Shown here in pieces: positions 27,237-37,856 of a stretch of DNA of 64,000 nt. Below the pieces are notes generated by a model. It saw nothing but the letters and a program-made list of their open reading frames with translations. It was not told the origin of the DNA and did not search any database. Source of the stretch: Bacilli bacterium. GTDB taxonomy: Bacteria > Bacillota_I > Bacilli_A > RFN20 > CAG-826. Both the position numbers and the translations under genes were made by a program. Within the stretch, counting starts at the first letter, position 1. Each line of letters starts with the position of its first letter. Location: NCBI GenBank assembly GCA_045597865.1, contig JAZLKX010000001.1, positions 32,001 to 96,000 on the forward strand. Direction: 5' to 3'.

Positions 27237-28340
27237 ATGAAAAAGATATTGGTATGTTTTGGCACTAGACCGGAAGCTATAAAAATGTGTCCGCTAGTAA
27301 TTGCGTTAAGAAAAAAACAATGTTTTGATGTTAAAATTGTGGTTTCGGGACAACATAAAGAAATGCTGCAATCAGTTTTAAAAGTATTTCACATGGTACC
27401 TGATTACAATTTGGATATAATGAAAGAAAATCAAACTCTTTTTGATATTACAAATTCTACTTTAGAAAAATCCAAAGTGGTTTTTGAAAAAGAAAACCCC
27501 GATCTAGTATTGGTTCACGGTGATACTTCTACTTCCTTCGCTTTCTCATTAGCGGCTTTTTATCTTGGCATAAAGGTTGGGCACGTTGAAGCTGGATTAA
27601 GAACTTACGATATTCATTCCCCTTTTCCTGAGGAATTCAATAGATGCGCTATTTCGGTAGTTTCAGAATTAGATTTTGCTCCAACAGATTCAGCAAAATG
27701 TAATTTATTAAGAATGGGTAAAAATGAAAAATTTATTTTTGTAACAGGCAACACCGGTATTGATTCTTTACGATATACAATTGATGAAAATTATTTTGAT
27801 GAAAACATTAAATTTGCAAAAGATAATCCGACTATTTTAGTTACTTGTCATCGAAGAGAAAATATTGGTGCTAACATGGAGAATATCTTCTCTGCTCTTA
27901 AAAGAATAGCTTTGGAATTTAAAACAATTAACATTATTTACCCAGTACATAAAAATCCTAAAGTTAGAGAAATAGCACGCAAACATCTAGATAATGTGAA
28001 AAATATTAAACTTGTAGAACCATTAAACACTATAGAGTTTCACAATCTAATGAATTGTTGTAAATTTGTTGTAACTGATAGTGGAGGAATACAAGAAGAA
28101 GCGCCTTTTTTAGGGAAACCTGTTTTAGTTGTTAGGGATACAACTGAACGACCAGAAGCGGTTAAAGCTGGTACTTGTAAACTTTCTGGGGTAAATGAAG
28201 ATTCAATCTATAATGATATTAAAGAATTAATAACATCAAATAGTTTTTATAATAAAATGGCTAATTCTATAAATCCATATGGTGATGGTTTTGCCTCTGA
28301 GAAAATAGCTGATATTTTGGAGCAAATTTATGATTCCTAA
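27237..28340 (+). CDS. wecB: UDP-N-acetylglucosamine 2-epimerase (non-hydrolysing)
   Basis: GTRPEAIKM, VHGDT, HVEAGLR, PFPEE, DSGGIQEEAP, TERPEA, NPYGDG. Confidence 0.93.
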   Translation: MKKILVCFGTRPEAIKMCPLVIALRKKQCFDVKIVVSGQHKEMLQSVLKVFHMVPDYNLDIMKENQTLFDITNSTLEKSKVVFEKENPDLVLVHGDTSTSFAFSLAAFYLGIKVGHVEAGLRTYDIHSPFPEEFNRCAISVVSELDFAPTDSAKCNLLRMGKNEKFIFVTGNTGIDSLRYTIDENYFDENIKFAKDNPTILVTCHRRENIGANMENIFSALKRIALEFKTINIIYPVHKNPKVREIARKHLDNVKNIKLVEPLNTIEFHNLMNCCKFVVTDSGGIQEEAPFLGKPVLVVRDTTERPEAVKAGTCKLSGVNEDSIYNDIKELITSNSFYNKMANSINPYGDGFASEKIADILEQIYDS

Positions 28341-29043
28341 GATTATTCATTATATTTGGTTTGGTGATAAACCACTCGATAATGTTGCGAAGAAATGCTT
28401 AAAGAGTTGGAAAAAATATTGTCCAGATTATAAGTTAATTCTTTGGAACGAAAAAAATTTTGATGTAAACATGTTTCAATATACTAAAGAAGCATTTTTA
28501 ACAAAATCTTGGGCTTTTTTGAGTGATGTTGTTAGATTGTATGCTCTTGTGAATTACGGTGGAGTTTATATGGACACAGATGTTCAAATTACTAAACCTA
28601 TTGACGATTTTCTTGATAAAAGAGCCTTTTCTGGTTTTGAAGATCAAAAAAATATTCCGACAGGCATTATGGCATGCGAAAAAGGTTTTCCTCTTTTTGA
28701 AAAACTTTTAAATGATTACAAATCAAGATCTTTAATTAGAAAAGATGGCTCAATCGATAGAACCACAAACGTTCAAACTATTACAAAAACTCTTTTACAG
28801 TATGGTTTTGTACCAAATAATCAATATCAGGTTATTGAAGGGTTTGAATTATTTCCTAATGATTATTTTTGTCCTAAAGATCATAATACATTGAAAATAT
28901 GCAAAACACAAAATACCCATACAATACATCATTTTAATGCTTCGTGGTGTACGAAAAAAGAACGTTTTATTAGAAAAATAGGTCCAAAATGGACGAGAAT
29001 ATTAGTTTCTATTAAACATATTTTTAGGCGCAAACATGAATAA
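28330..29043 (+). CDS. Glycosyltransferase family 32 (DXD)
   Basis: MIPKIIHYIWFG, GGVYMDTD, HHFNASW. Confidence 0.9.
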   Translation: MIPKIIHYIWFGDKPLDNVAKKCLKSWKKYCPDYKLILWNEKNFDVNMFQYTKEAFLTKSWAFLSDVVRLYALVNYGGVYMDTDVQITKPIDDFLDKRAFSGFEDQKNIPTGIMACEKGFPLFEKLLNDYKSRSLIRKDGSIDRTTNVQTITKTLLQYGFVPNNQYQVIEGFELFPNDYFCPKDHNTLKICKTQNTHTIHHFNASWCTKKERFIRKIGPKWTRILVSIKHIFRRKHE

Positions 29044-30085
29044 AAAAGTTTCTATTATTGTCCCTGTTTATAATTCTGCCAAGTATTTGTATCAATGTTT
29101 AAATTCTATAAAAAATCAAACATTTAGTGATTTTGAACTGATACTTATTGATGATGGTTCAAATGATGAGTCATACGATATTTGCAAGAATTTTTGTTTA
29201 AATGAAAAAAGAGCAATTTTATATCATAACGAAAACCACGGGGTAAGTTATTCAAGAAATTTTGGTATTTATCATTCCAATTGTGAATTTATTTGTTTTG
29301 TTGATTCTGATGATGTGGTCGACAAAGATTTTATTGGAAAAATGTATTCTAGGATAAAAGGAAAAGACATTGTTTTTTGCAGGTTTTCTATGTTTTCAGA
29401 GTTTAATCTTAAAACAAAATATTTTGAGAATAACTTGTCTAAACTTGTTCGTTCTCCTTCCTCGCTTCAGTATTTGCTGGTTGGGGACAAATATTCTAAC
29501 AAAAATAATTTAATTGAAACAAATAAAGTTTTTGGATCCTGTTGTAGGTCAATGTTTAGAAAAAATATTATTCAAAAACATAATATAAAATTTCCTGAGA
29601 ACGTTGTTCTTGGTGAAGACACTGTTTTTTTAATGAATTACTTGCTTTGTTGCAAAAATGCTTACTTGGTCGATGAATATTTATATTTTTATAGAATAAG
29701 TTGCAATTCTGCAGTAAAGAAATATGCAACAAATTATGTTTCAAACTTTTACGAAACTAGAGTTGAGACGTTGAGAGCAGAAATTGATTCACTTTCTAAA
29801 ATTCAAAACAAAAATTACGCTTGCCTTTTAGAAAATTATGTGAAAATGGATTTTAACTTTAATTTTGTAATAAATGAGATTAAATTAAATCCTTTAACTT
29901 CATATAACAAATTGCTCAAAATAAGCAAAAGCGAATATAAAACATATTTAAATTTTAAAATTAAGTTAATTTCTAAATTGAGTAAAATAACATTTAAAAG
30001 AAAAATTTTATTAATTTTAATTAAATATAGAAATTATAGACTAATTAGTTTTTTCTTAAGGAGGAATAAAAAGTGGATGATCTAA
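29036..30085 (+). CDS. Glycosyltransferase family 2
   Basis: IIVPVYN, DDGS, FVDSDD, GED. Confidence 0.9.
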   Translation: MNKKVSIIVPVYNSAKYLYQCLNSIKNQTFSDFELILIDDGSNDESYDICKNFCLNEKRAILYHNENHGVSYSRNFGIYHSNCEFICFVDSDDVVDKDFIGKMYSRIKGKDIVFCRFSMFSEFNLKTKYFENNLSKLVRSPSSLQYLLVGDKYSNKNNLIETNKVFGSCCRSMFRKNIIQKHNIKFPENVVLGEDTVFLMNYLLCCKNAYLVDEYLYFYRISCNSAVKKYATNYVSNFYETRVETLRAEIDSLSKIQNKNYACLLENYVKMDFNFNFVINEIKLNPLTSYNKLLKISKSEYKTYLNFKIKLISKLSKITFKRKILLILIKYRNYRLISFFLRRNKKWMI

Positions 30086-32082
30086 TTACAATTGTTATTC
30101 CTGTTTACAATGTTGAAAAATACTTAAATAGATGTATATCTTCGGTTATTAAACAAACTTACAATAACCTAGAAATTATACTTTCTGATGATGGTTCGAA
30201 AGATTCAAGCGGTTCTATTTGTGATGAATTTGCAAAAAAAGATAAAAGGATCAAAGTTTTGCATTTTGAAAATAAAGGTTTATCAGAAGCAAGAAATAGG
30301 GGAATTAGAATAGCAAAAGGAAAATATATTTGTTTTGTTGATTCAGATGACTGGGTTGATGAAAATTATGTTTTAAAAATGTATTATGCCTTAAGAAAAA
30401 CAAATTCTGATATTGCGGAATGTAGATTCAAGAGATGTTCAAATGAAAATGAGGTTGGAAATAAAAATGGTAATATTTTAGAATTTGACAATATCTCTGC
30501 TCTTTCATTGCTGAGCAATGTTGATTATGATAAACACATAGTTGCTTGGAATAAATTATATAAAACAGAACTTTTTAATGACGTTTCATTTCCTTTGGGA
30601 AAGTTGCATGAAGATGAATTTACCATTCATAAACTAATTTCTAAAGTTAATAAATTTTGCATAGTAAATGATGAACTTTACTTTTATTTTCAAAATCAAT
30701 CAAGCATAATGACTTCAAAAATTAGTCTAAAAAGATTAGATTCGATTGATGCTTTTTTGGAGAGGATTGAATTTTTCAAAAGCAAAAATCTTAGCAATTT
30801 AGCGAACAAAACATCATACCTCTTATTTAGATTGTTTTGTGATTTTGCAAGTTTTGAACGAGAGAAATTTGCTGATTTCGACAAATTCTTTTTCGAATTA
30901 AATAAAAAATACATTGATTGTAAAAGCGTCATTGATACACAACAGTTAAACAAGGTTGAAAAAAGATACTTAAAAAAGGCAAGCAAAAACGTACTTAATT
31001 TGAAAAAATGCAAGATTTCGGTTTATTATTCACAAAGAATTAAATCTAAAATAAGATCTATCAAATCAAAATTTTCGATTGCTAAAAAACCATCTTTTAT
31101 CGATGAAATAAAAAATTCTAGGAAAACAAATTCAAAAATTGGTTTTATATTATCTGCTGTTGAATACTTAAATTATGGTGATTTAGCAATTGGCGAGGCC
31201 ATGAAACAATATACTTCTAATTATTTTAAAGTCATTGAAATCTCTCAGAATGATACAGTTAAATATTTTGATGAACTGAAGAAAATGATTAAGTTTGATG
31301 ATGTTATATTTCTTCCTGGCGGAGGAAACATGGGAGATGTTTGGAAACATGATGAAAATATCAGAAGAAATATTATTAAAAGTTTCCCAAATAACAAAAT
31401 CGTAATTTTCCCACAATCAATTAATTATTGTGATTTAGAAAGCGAATATTTTTTGGAGTCAGTTAAAATATATAATAACAATCCGTTGTTAACACTTTGT
31501 GTTAGAGATGTCGAATCTTTAAATAAAGCAAGAAGTTATTACAATAATTTGAATTGTGTGTTGATTCCTGATTCAGTATTTTTATTAAATGACGTTGTTG
31601 ATTCAGAAAGTACTAGCAAAGTTGCTTTATGCTTTAGAGACGATAAAGAGCAGTCAGTAAGTTCGATTAGAAAAGAATTAGAAATTATTGATGTTATTGA
31701 AGATTTAAAAATGCCGATTAAGCTTATTTCTACAGTATCTAACGGAAATACTTCTTTATTAAAAAGAAAAGATGATGTAATGGCAAAAATAAAAGAAGTA
31801 GCATCATATAAGATTGTAATTACCGACAGGCTCCATTGCATAATTTTCTGTGTGCTAACCGAAACGCCTTGCATTGCTCTCAATAATGCTAACAACAAAA
31901 TAAAAATGTTTATTGAAACTTGGTTGCCAAATGCAAAATTTGTTTTGTATTTGGATAAAAATGATAAAATAGATGCTAGTATTTTTAATCAATTCAATGA
32001 TTATAAATACAAAGAAAAAATCAATTTAGCTGACAAATTTAATGAATTAGGAAAAATTTTAGATGAGTACTCCAAGATTTAA
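30073..32082 (+). CDS. GT2 fused to a polysaccharide pyruvyl transferase domain
   Basis: GT2 motifs in the N-terminal half; NYGDLAI, GGGNMGD, FPQS, TDRLH in the C-terminal half. Confidence 0.85.
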   Translation: MDDLITIVIPVYNVEKYLNRCISSVIKQTYNNLEIILSDDGSKDSSGSICDEFAKKDKRIKVLHFENKGLSEARNRGIRIAKGKYICFVDSDDWVDENYVLKMYYALRKTNSDIAECRFKRCSNENEVGNKNGNILEFDNISALSLLSNVDYDKHIVAWNKLYKTELFNDVSFPLGKLHEDEFTIHKLISKVNKFCIVNDELYFYFQNQSSIMTSKISLKRLDSIDAFLERIEFFKSKNLSNLANKTSYLLFRLFCDFASFEREKFADFDKFFFELNKKYIDCKSVIDTQQLNKVEKRYLKKASKNVLNLKKCKISVYYSQRIKSKIRSIKSKFSIAKKPSFIDEIKNSRKTNSKIGFILSAVEYLNYGDLAIGEAMKQYTSNYFKVIEISQNDTVKYFDELKKMIKFDDVIFLPGGGNMGDVWKHDENIRRNIIKSFPNNKIVIFPQSINYCDLESEYFLESVKIYNNNPLLTLCVRDVESLNKARSYYNNLNCVLIPDSVFLLNDVVDSESTSKVALCFRDDKEQSVSSIRKELEIIDVIEDLKMPIKLISTVSNGNTSLLKRKDDVMAKIKEVASYKIVITDRLHCIIFCVLTETPCIALNNANNKIKMFIETWLPNAKFVLYLDKNDKIDASIFNQFNDYKYKEKINLADKFNELGKILDEYSKI

Positions 32083-33157
32083 AAGATTGATTGAATGTTA
32101 CGTGCCTATTTATGCATGTAATTTTCGCTGTGATTATTGTTATATAAAACAAAATCCAAATCGTTTTTTTGAATCGCGTGTTGAAAAGTTTAAATACTCA
32201 CCAGAACACATCGCTAAGTGTTTAAGTAAAAAGAGACTTGGCGGTGTATGCTTAATTAATTTATGTGCTGGTGGTGAAACTCTATTATCAGAAGAAGTTG
32301 TTGAACTTACAAGGTATCTATTAGAAGACGGTCACTTTGTAATGATTGTCAACAATGGTACATGCGCTAATAACATTCAAAAACTATGTGATTTCCCGAA
32401 CAATTTAAAAGAAAGATTATGGCTTAGATTCTCACTACATTGGTTAGAATTGAAAAGATTAAATTTGATAGACCGTTTCTTTGATAATGTTAAAAATTGC
32501 AAAAACAATGGCATTTCTATCGGAGTTGAAATGGTTGCAAGTGATGATTATATCCCATTTATTCCTGAGATAATTAAAAAATGTAATGATGAAATAAAAT
32601 CGCTTCCAGAAATAAATATTGCAAGGAAAGATCCTGAATTTACGACATTGACCAATCTTTCTGAGGAAGAATATATTAAAACATGGTCAGTTTTTAATTC
32701 TAAATCTTTTGATTTAAAACTTAAAACTGTTGGGGTTAAAAGAAGAGAATTTTGTTATGCAGGAGATTGGTCTGTTACATTAGATTTGGGAAATGGAAAC
32801 ATGAGCAAATGCTATTCCTGTTTTTTACAAAACATTTTCAAAAATCCTAATTCTAAAATTAAATTTGAAGCTATGGGCAAAAAATGTCCGCTTCCATATT
32901 GCCATAATTCACATCTTTGGATGGCAATCGGAAATATTCCAACTTTAGAATTTCCTACTTTGTTAGAAATTAGATCTAAAGAATGTAGTGATGGGACTCA
33001 TTGGTTATCTAAAACATATCAAGAGTTTATATCTCAAAAAGTTTATGAGAATAATAAACAGTACTCTCTTTTTAAAAGAGCAGTTATCAAAATGTCGCAT
33101 TTTATAAAATTCTTAATTTCAAAGTTAAAGCATTTAATAAGAAAGGTTTTTAAATAA
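32063..33157 (+). CDS. Radical SAM protein
   Basis: CNFRCDYC, GGE; C-terminal cysteines. Confidence 0.85.
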   Translation: MSTPRFKRLIECYVPIYACNFRCDYCYIKQNPNRFFESRVEKFKYSPEHIAKCLSKKRLGGVCLINLCAGGETLLSEEVVELTRYLLEDGHFVMIVNNGTCANNIQKLCDFPNNLKERLWLRFSLHWLELKRLNLIDRFFDNVKNCKNNGISIGVEMVASDDYIPFIPEIIKKCNDEIKSLPEINIARKDPEFTTLTNLSEEEYIKTWSVFNSKSFDLKLKTVGVKRREFCYAGDWSVTLDLGNGNMSKCYSCFLQNIFKNPNSKIKFEAMGKKCPLPYCHNSHLWMAIGNIPTLEFPTLLEIRSKECSDGTHWLSKTYQEFISQKVYENNKQYSLFKRAVIKMSHFIKFLISKLKHLIRKVFK

Positions 33158-33158
33158 T

Positions 33159-34118
33159 ATGGTTTCGGTTATAGTACCTATTTATAACGTTGAAAAGTAT
33201 TTGTTTGAATGCCTTGAATCTTTGAACAATCAATCCTTTGATGATTATGAGGTTTTATTAATTGATGATGGGTCGACTGATTATTCATCAGATATTGCAA
33301 AAAAATATTGTGAAAATTGTAATTTTCAATATTTTCGCAAAGAGAATGGTGGATTATCATCTGCAAGAAATTTTGGAATTAATAGAGCAAAAGGCGAATG
33401 GCTTATGTTTGTTGATTCAGATGACATTGTCGACTCGTATTTTATTGAAAAATTGTATAATTTGGTTAAATCTTCTAATACTCAAATTGGTGTTTGTTCG
33501 TTTAAAAAGTTTCAAGATAAAGAAGAAATTAGTGTAGCAGAGCAAGGAGCAACAAAAGTATATTCAAAAGAGGAATACTTTAATTATTTTTTTGAATCCG
33601 CTTTTATGGCTGCTTGTAACAAAATTTATAAAAAGAGTTTATTTGATGATATTAGATATCCAGAAAAACGAATTCATGAAGATTTTGCAACAACGTATAA
33701 GTTAATTGACAAACTTAATTATATCTCGGTCATTAATGAGGAACTCTACAATTATCGCTTTAATAATAACAGCATTACTTTATCTAAAATTAAACATAAC
33801 AAAATAGATTTACTTGAAGTTTATAAATCAATTATTTTGTTTTACAAAGACAAGAAAGAGAATTATCAAATTGCATTAGTTAAAAAAACATCAAATCAAT
33901 TCTTCTCTTGTTTTGGAACATTATTGACCTACAAAAAAGATAGGTATGAAAATTATAAGGATTTCAAATATCAAGTTTCAGAATCTTATAAAAACAATTA
34001 TAAATTGATTGGGCAATTACCATTGTCGGTTGTTAACAAGATTATTTATCTTTTATCATTTAAGAGGTTGTTTTTATTAATTTTTGTATCAAGAATTAAA
34101 AGGATATTAAAGAGATGA
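33159..34118 (+). CDS. Glycosyltransferase family 2
   Basis: VIVPIYN, DDGS, FVDSDD, HED. Confidence 0.9.
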   Translation: MVSVIVPIYNVEKYLFECLESLNNQSFDDYEVLLIDDGSTDYSSDIAKKYCENCNFQYFRKENGGLSSARNFGINRAKGEWLMFVDSDDIVDSYFIEKLYNLVKSSNTQIGVCSFKKFQDKEEISVAEQGATKVYSKEEYFNYFFESAFMAACNKIYKKSLFDDIRYPEKRIHEDFATTYKLIDKLNYISVINEELYNYRFNNNSITLSKIKHNKIDLLEVYKSIILFYKDKKENYQIALVKKTSNQFFSCFGTLLTYKKDRYENYKDFKYQVSESYKNNYKLIGQLPLSVVNKIIYLLSFKRLFLLIFVSRIKRILKR

Positions 34119-35362
34119 TATTTAAAAAAATAAGTAAGAAAATCGCAATATCCTTATCCGTTATTTTAGTTACAGTAGCGACCGTTTTCACTGTTGCAAT
34201 GTTATTGTCTCAGAAAGTGCCTGATCCTATTTATGTAAATAATGAAGAAGATTTTTATAAAATTAATGATCGCTTGGATGGATATTTTATAATAAATAAA
34301 TCTTTCTCATTTTCATCACCAGTAAAACCAATCGGAGATAAAGACCATCCTTTTAAAGGAAAAATAAATGGTCTTAGTTCGATTTTCTATAATATCGAAT
34401 TTGACTACAATGAACTTGATTTAGATAAATACACCGTTGATGGAACAACCTATATTGGTCTATTTCCTTTTAATGAAGGATCAATACTCAAAACTAATTT
34501 TTATAATGTAAAATATTCGAATTTCTCAAGTGCTTTTGATACCAATTTAAATATTGGTGTTGTGTCAGGTATTAATAAAGGAAGAATTTCTGGCTGTAGA
34601 ATTTCCGGATTAAAAGAGCTTGAATTTAATAGTTCTAAGAATATTAATTTTGGTGGTTATACTGGAGTTAATGAAGGAGAAATTTCAAAAAATGATCTCG
34701 TCGGGCACTTTAATTTAAGATCGTCAGCAAATACATTTTCAATAGGTGAATTTGCTGGTGAATCTCGAAGCAATTCAATTTTAGAACTGTGCAAGAGCGG
34801 TGGCCACATTATGGTTTATAATAGCGAATGTGGTGAGATTCAAAATTTAAATATTGGTATTGGTACTGGTGTATTATCTGGCGGCAAAATCAATAACAAT
34901 ATTTTTGAGAATGCATCAATTTCAATTTATAGCAAAGCAGTTAGTAATTCTTATATTGGCGGAATAGTTGGCTTAACAAACAGCGGGTCTTCGGTTGAAA
35001 TAAAAAACTGTTACTACAAGGGCAACATTTCCTCATTCGCTATTAATGAACAGCATATTTCATTCTCGATTGGTAAAAATTTATCAAGCAAGATTTCTGC
35101 AAAGAATCTATTGTTGGGAGGATCTTTAGCTACTAAAAACAGCAAATCTTTAGAAATAAATTATAGTGATATACCATTAACTTCTGATAACATTGAAAAT
35201 TGTTACATTTTAAATGATTTTGCTGCTCCATCAGCTGCAAAGATTATTTGCAAAAAAATAAGTATTGATGATGTTACGATTAGCAAAATGAAATGGAATG
35301 ATGGAATATGGATCATTTCTAATGGAAAAATATCTTTTAAGGAGTTTACAATTGATGAATAA
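34115..35362 (+). CDS. Membrane-anchored GLUG-like/beta-helical extracellular protein
   Basis: N-terminal TM; PIG...PFKGKING; repeated GG-x-x-G-x-N motifs. Confidence 0.6.
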   Translation: MIFKKISKKIAISLSVILVTVATVFTVAMLLSQKVPDPIYVNNEEDFYKINDRLDGYFIINKSFSFSSPVKPIGDKDHPFKGKINGLSSIFYNIEFDYNELDLDKYTVDGTTYIGLFPFNEGSILKTNFYNVKYSNFSSAFDTNLNIGVVSGINKGRISGCRISGLKELEFNSSKNINFGGYTGVNEGEISKNDLVGHFNLRSSANTFSIGEFAGESRSNSILELCKSGGHIMVYNSECGEIQNLNIGIGTGVLSGGKINNNIFENASISIYSKAVSNSYIGGIVGLTNSGSSVEIKNCYYKGNISSFAINEQHISFSIGKNLSSKISAKNLLLGGSLATKNSKSLEINYSDIPLTSDNIENCYILNDFAAPSAAKIICKKISIDDVTISKMKWNDGIWIISNGKISFKEFTIDE

Positions 35363-37853
35363 AGTTAAAAGTCTCTTTAAAAAGATATTTGCAAATTATG
35401 AAAGCATTTTACTATTCCTTTCAATTCTTTTAGTAAATTTTGATTTAGTTTTTTCTATTGTTAAATTGTCGAGTCTTGCATCGCTTTGTTTTAGATCAAC
35501 ATACGTAATAATAGGCGCATGGATTATTGTAAAATTGGTTTTAAAAATAAAGCAAAAGAAAATATTTAAAAATGTTTTAAAAGATAGTTTTATTAGACAA
35601 CTATTGCTAGTATTAATTGTATCGATAATAACATTCATTCCTATAATAATTCCGTTTTTTACAACCGCAATAAAATCTTTCGATTATTTTACTAAATACA
35701 TATGCTTAGTTTTTACTATGTTATACATAGTGTTGCTTACAAACGGAGAATTTAGTAGAAAAATTCCTCGTTTAAGCATATTTGTTTCTGTTCTTGTCGG
35801 GCTTATGTTTTGCGCAGCTTCTTTTATTGGATCGCTTCGCGGGCAGACTTATACTGGCGCCTACTCGTTCAACTTTTCAAATCCGAATGCTACAGCCTTA
35901 GCTATAGGTTATACAGTTGCTTGTTTAGCTTATGGTGTATTTATTACTCATTCTAAAATATTGAAAGTTTTTGTTTCTTTAGAAACTATGTATCTGCTAT
36001 TTTTGTTGTATAAAACTCAAGCTAGAGCACCGATAATTGGTTTATTTGTGGCACTAGTTTTTGTTCTTATAATAAAACTATTCAAGAAAAAGAATTCTTT
36101 AGTAATTTCATCGTTTATTGTATCTTTTATACTCTTTTCTGCTTGTGTTTATGTAATTATTTTGGTTTCTATTTCTGGAGCTTCAGCTCCACAAGTTTTA
36201 AATTTGCCAGCTATCGGAAAAGGTATAAGTTCTCGTTACAGCATATGGACCGAAGCCTTTAAAAGAATTGCAACGCAACCATTGTTGGGATTTTACGGAA
36301 CATTTAATGGACAGCTTCAATACCACAATGCAATTTTAGATTTGTTTGTTGCATATGGAGCTCCAGTTGCAATTATTTTAACTTTATGTTTTATCGTTTT
36401 ATTAACGAAAGCTTTTGGCAAAATGAAATTTATTGTTAATTCGCAATATGTTGCATTATTTAGTCTGTGCAGTTTCTTCTTTACAGGTTTATTTGAGTCT
36501 TGCATATTTTCTTCAGCTCAAGGGTTGTACATATTGTGCTTTTCATTTATATTAGGAATTAGATTGCCTTTAACTGACGATTGTATTTCTGAAAATAACG
36601 CTATTTATTTTAATGAACAGACAAGCAAAAATTGTAATATTATTCTAATAAATTCTGTTTATAAAAAAGGTAGTACAGGTAAGATTGTTGATACTTTAAA
36701 AAATGGTATTGAAAAAGCTAAGTTTGAAGCCTTTGTACTTTACGGAAGAAAAGAAATCGACACGCCTGTACATAATGCTTCAATTTGCACTAGTAAAATT
36801 GAATCTGTTTTATGCAGATTGTTAAATAAAATTACAAAAGATGGTTCTTTATTCAATTATTTTTCAACTTTTGAATACATCAGAATAATAAAAAAATACA
36901 AACCACAAGTTGTTCATGTTCATTGCTTGAATGATCACTATATAAATCAATATATTTTATTTAGATTTTTAAAAAAACATCATATTAAAACAGTTTTGAC
37001 ATTGCATTCAGAGAATTTATATGTGGGGTGCCAAGAAGGTCATGTGTTTGATTGTGAAAATTGGTGCAGCGGAAATAAATGTCTAAATTGTAATAAATAT
37101 AAGAGTCAAATTAAGAATGAACGTACATGGAAAAGACTTAATAGAATGTTTTTGAACTTTGAAGAATTGCAAATTACAGCCGTTTCTCCTTGGCTTGCAG
37201 AAAGAGCTAAAAAATCAACAATTTGTAAAGATATTCCTATAAAGACAGTATTAAATGGTTTAGATGATGCTTTTAATTTTTCATTAGAAAAGTCTAATAT
37301 GCTCCCTGATAATTTGAATGATAAAAAGAAAATTCTATTTGTATGTGCTAATGCATCAAATCCACACAAAGGATTTAAATATTTTGAACAATTAGCATCT
37401 GAATTCGAATCAGATAGCAATATTCAATTTATTTGTCTTTCCTTAGAACAATATTCAAACAATTTTCATTCAAATGTTACTTTTTTAAATCCTATTAAGG
37501 ATATTGGACTACTAGCAAAAATTTATTCTGAATGTGATGTTTCATTAGTTTTAAGTAAAAAAGAAACATTTTCAATGCCAACAGCCGAGTCACTATGTTG
37601 TGGAACAAAAGTTGCCGGTTTTGAATGCGGTGGTGCTGAGTCGATTGCATCAGGCGAAAATGCTATTTTTGTTGAACAAGGAAATGTTGATTTATTAAAA
37701 AAAGCAATTAATCAAATTCTTTCGGAAAATTATGATAAACAAAAAGTTTCCGCTTTCTCAAGGGAAATTTATCTTTCCGACAATATGATTAATAAATTTT
37801 TGAAGATTTATAATCTTAATGACAATTCAAAGGCCTATAGTATCGAGATTTAA
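35355..37853 (+). CDS. O-antigen ligase/polymerase-like membrane domain fused to a GT4 (WcaC-like) domain
   Basis: ~12 TM with FSNPN, SSRYSIW, YHN; then GSTGKI, VHVHCL, KGF, ETFSMPTAESLCCGT. Confidence 0.75.
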   Translation: MNKVKSLFKKIFANYESILLFLSILLVNFDLVFSIVKLSSLASLCFRSTYVIIGAWIIVKLVLKIKQKKIFKNVLKDSFIRQLLLVLIVSIITFIPIIIPFFTTAIKSFDYFTKYICLVFTMLYIVLLTNGEFSRKIPRLSIFVSVLVGLMFCAASFIGSLRGQTYTGAYSFNFSNPNATALAIGYTVACLAYGVFITHSKILKVFVSLETMYLLFLLYKTQARAPIIGLFVALVFVLIIKLFKKKNSLVISSFIVSFILFSACVYVIILVSISGASAPQVLNLPAIGKGISSRYSIWTEAFKRIATQPLLGFYGTFNGQLQYHNAILDLFVAYGAPVAIILTLCFIVLLTKAFGKMKFIVNSQYVALFSLCSFFFTGLFESCIFSSAQGLYILCFSFILGIRLPLTDDCISENNAIYFNEQTSKNCNIILINSVYKKGSTGKIVDTLKNGIEKAKFEAFVLYGRKEIDTPVHNASICTSKIESVLCRLLNKITKDGSLFNYFSTFEYIRIIKKYKPQVVHVHCLNDHYINQYILFRFLKKHHIKTVLTLHSENLYVGCQEGHVFDCENWCSGNKCLNCNKYKSQIKNERTWKRLNRMFLNFEELQITAVSPWLAERAKKSTICKDIPIKTVLNGLDDAFNFSLEKSNMLPDNLNDKKKILFVCANASNPHKGFKYFEQLASEFESDSNIQFICLSLEQYSNNFHSNVTFLNPIKDIGLLAKIYSECDVSLVLSKKETFSMPTAESLCCGTKVAGFECGGAESIASGENAIFVEQGNVDLLKKAINQILSENYDKQKVSAFSREIYLSDNMINKFLKIYNLNDNSKAYSIEI

Positions 37854-37856
37854 ATT

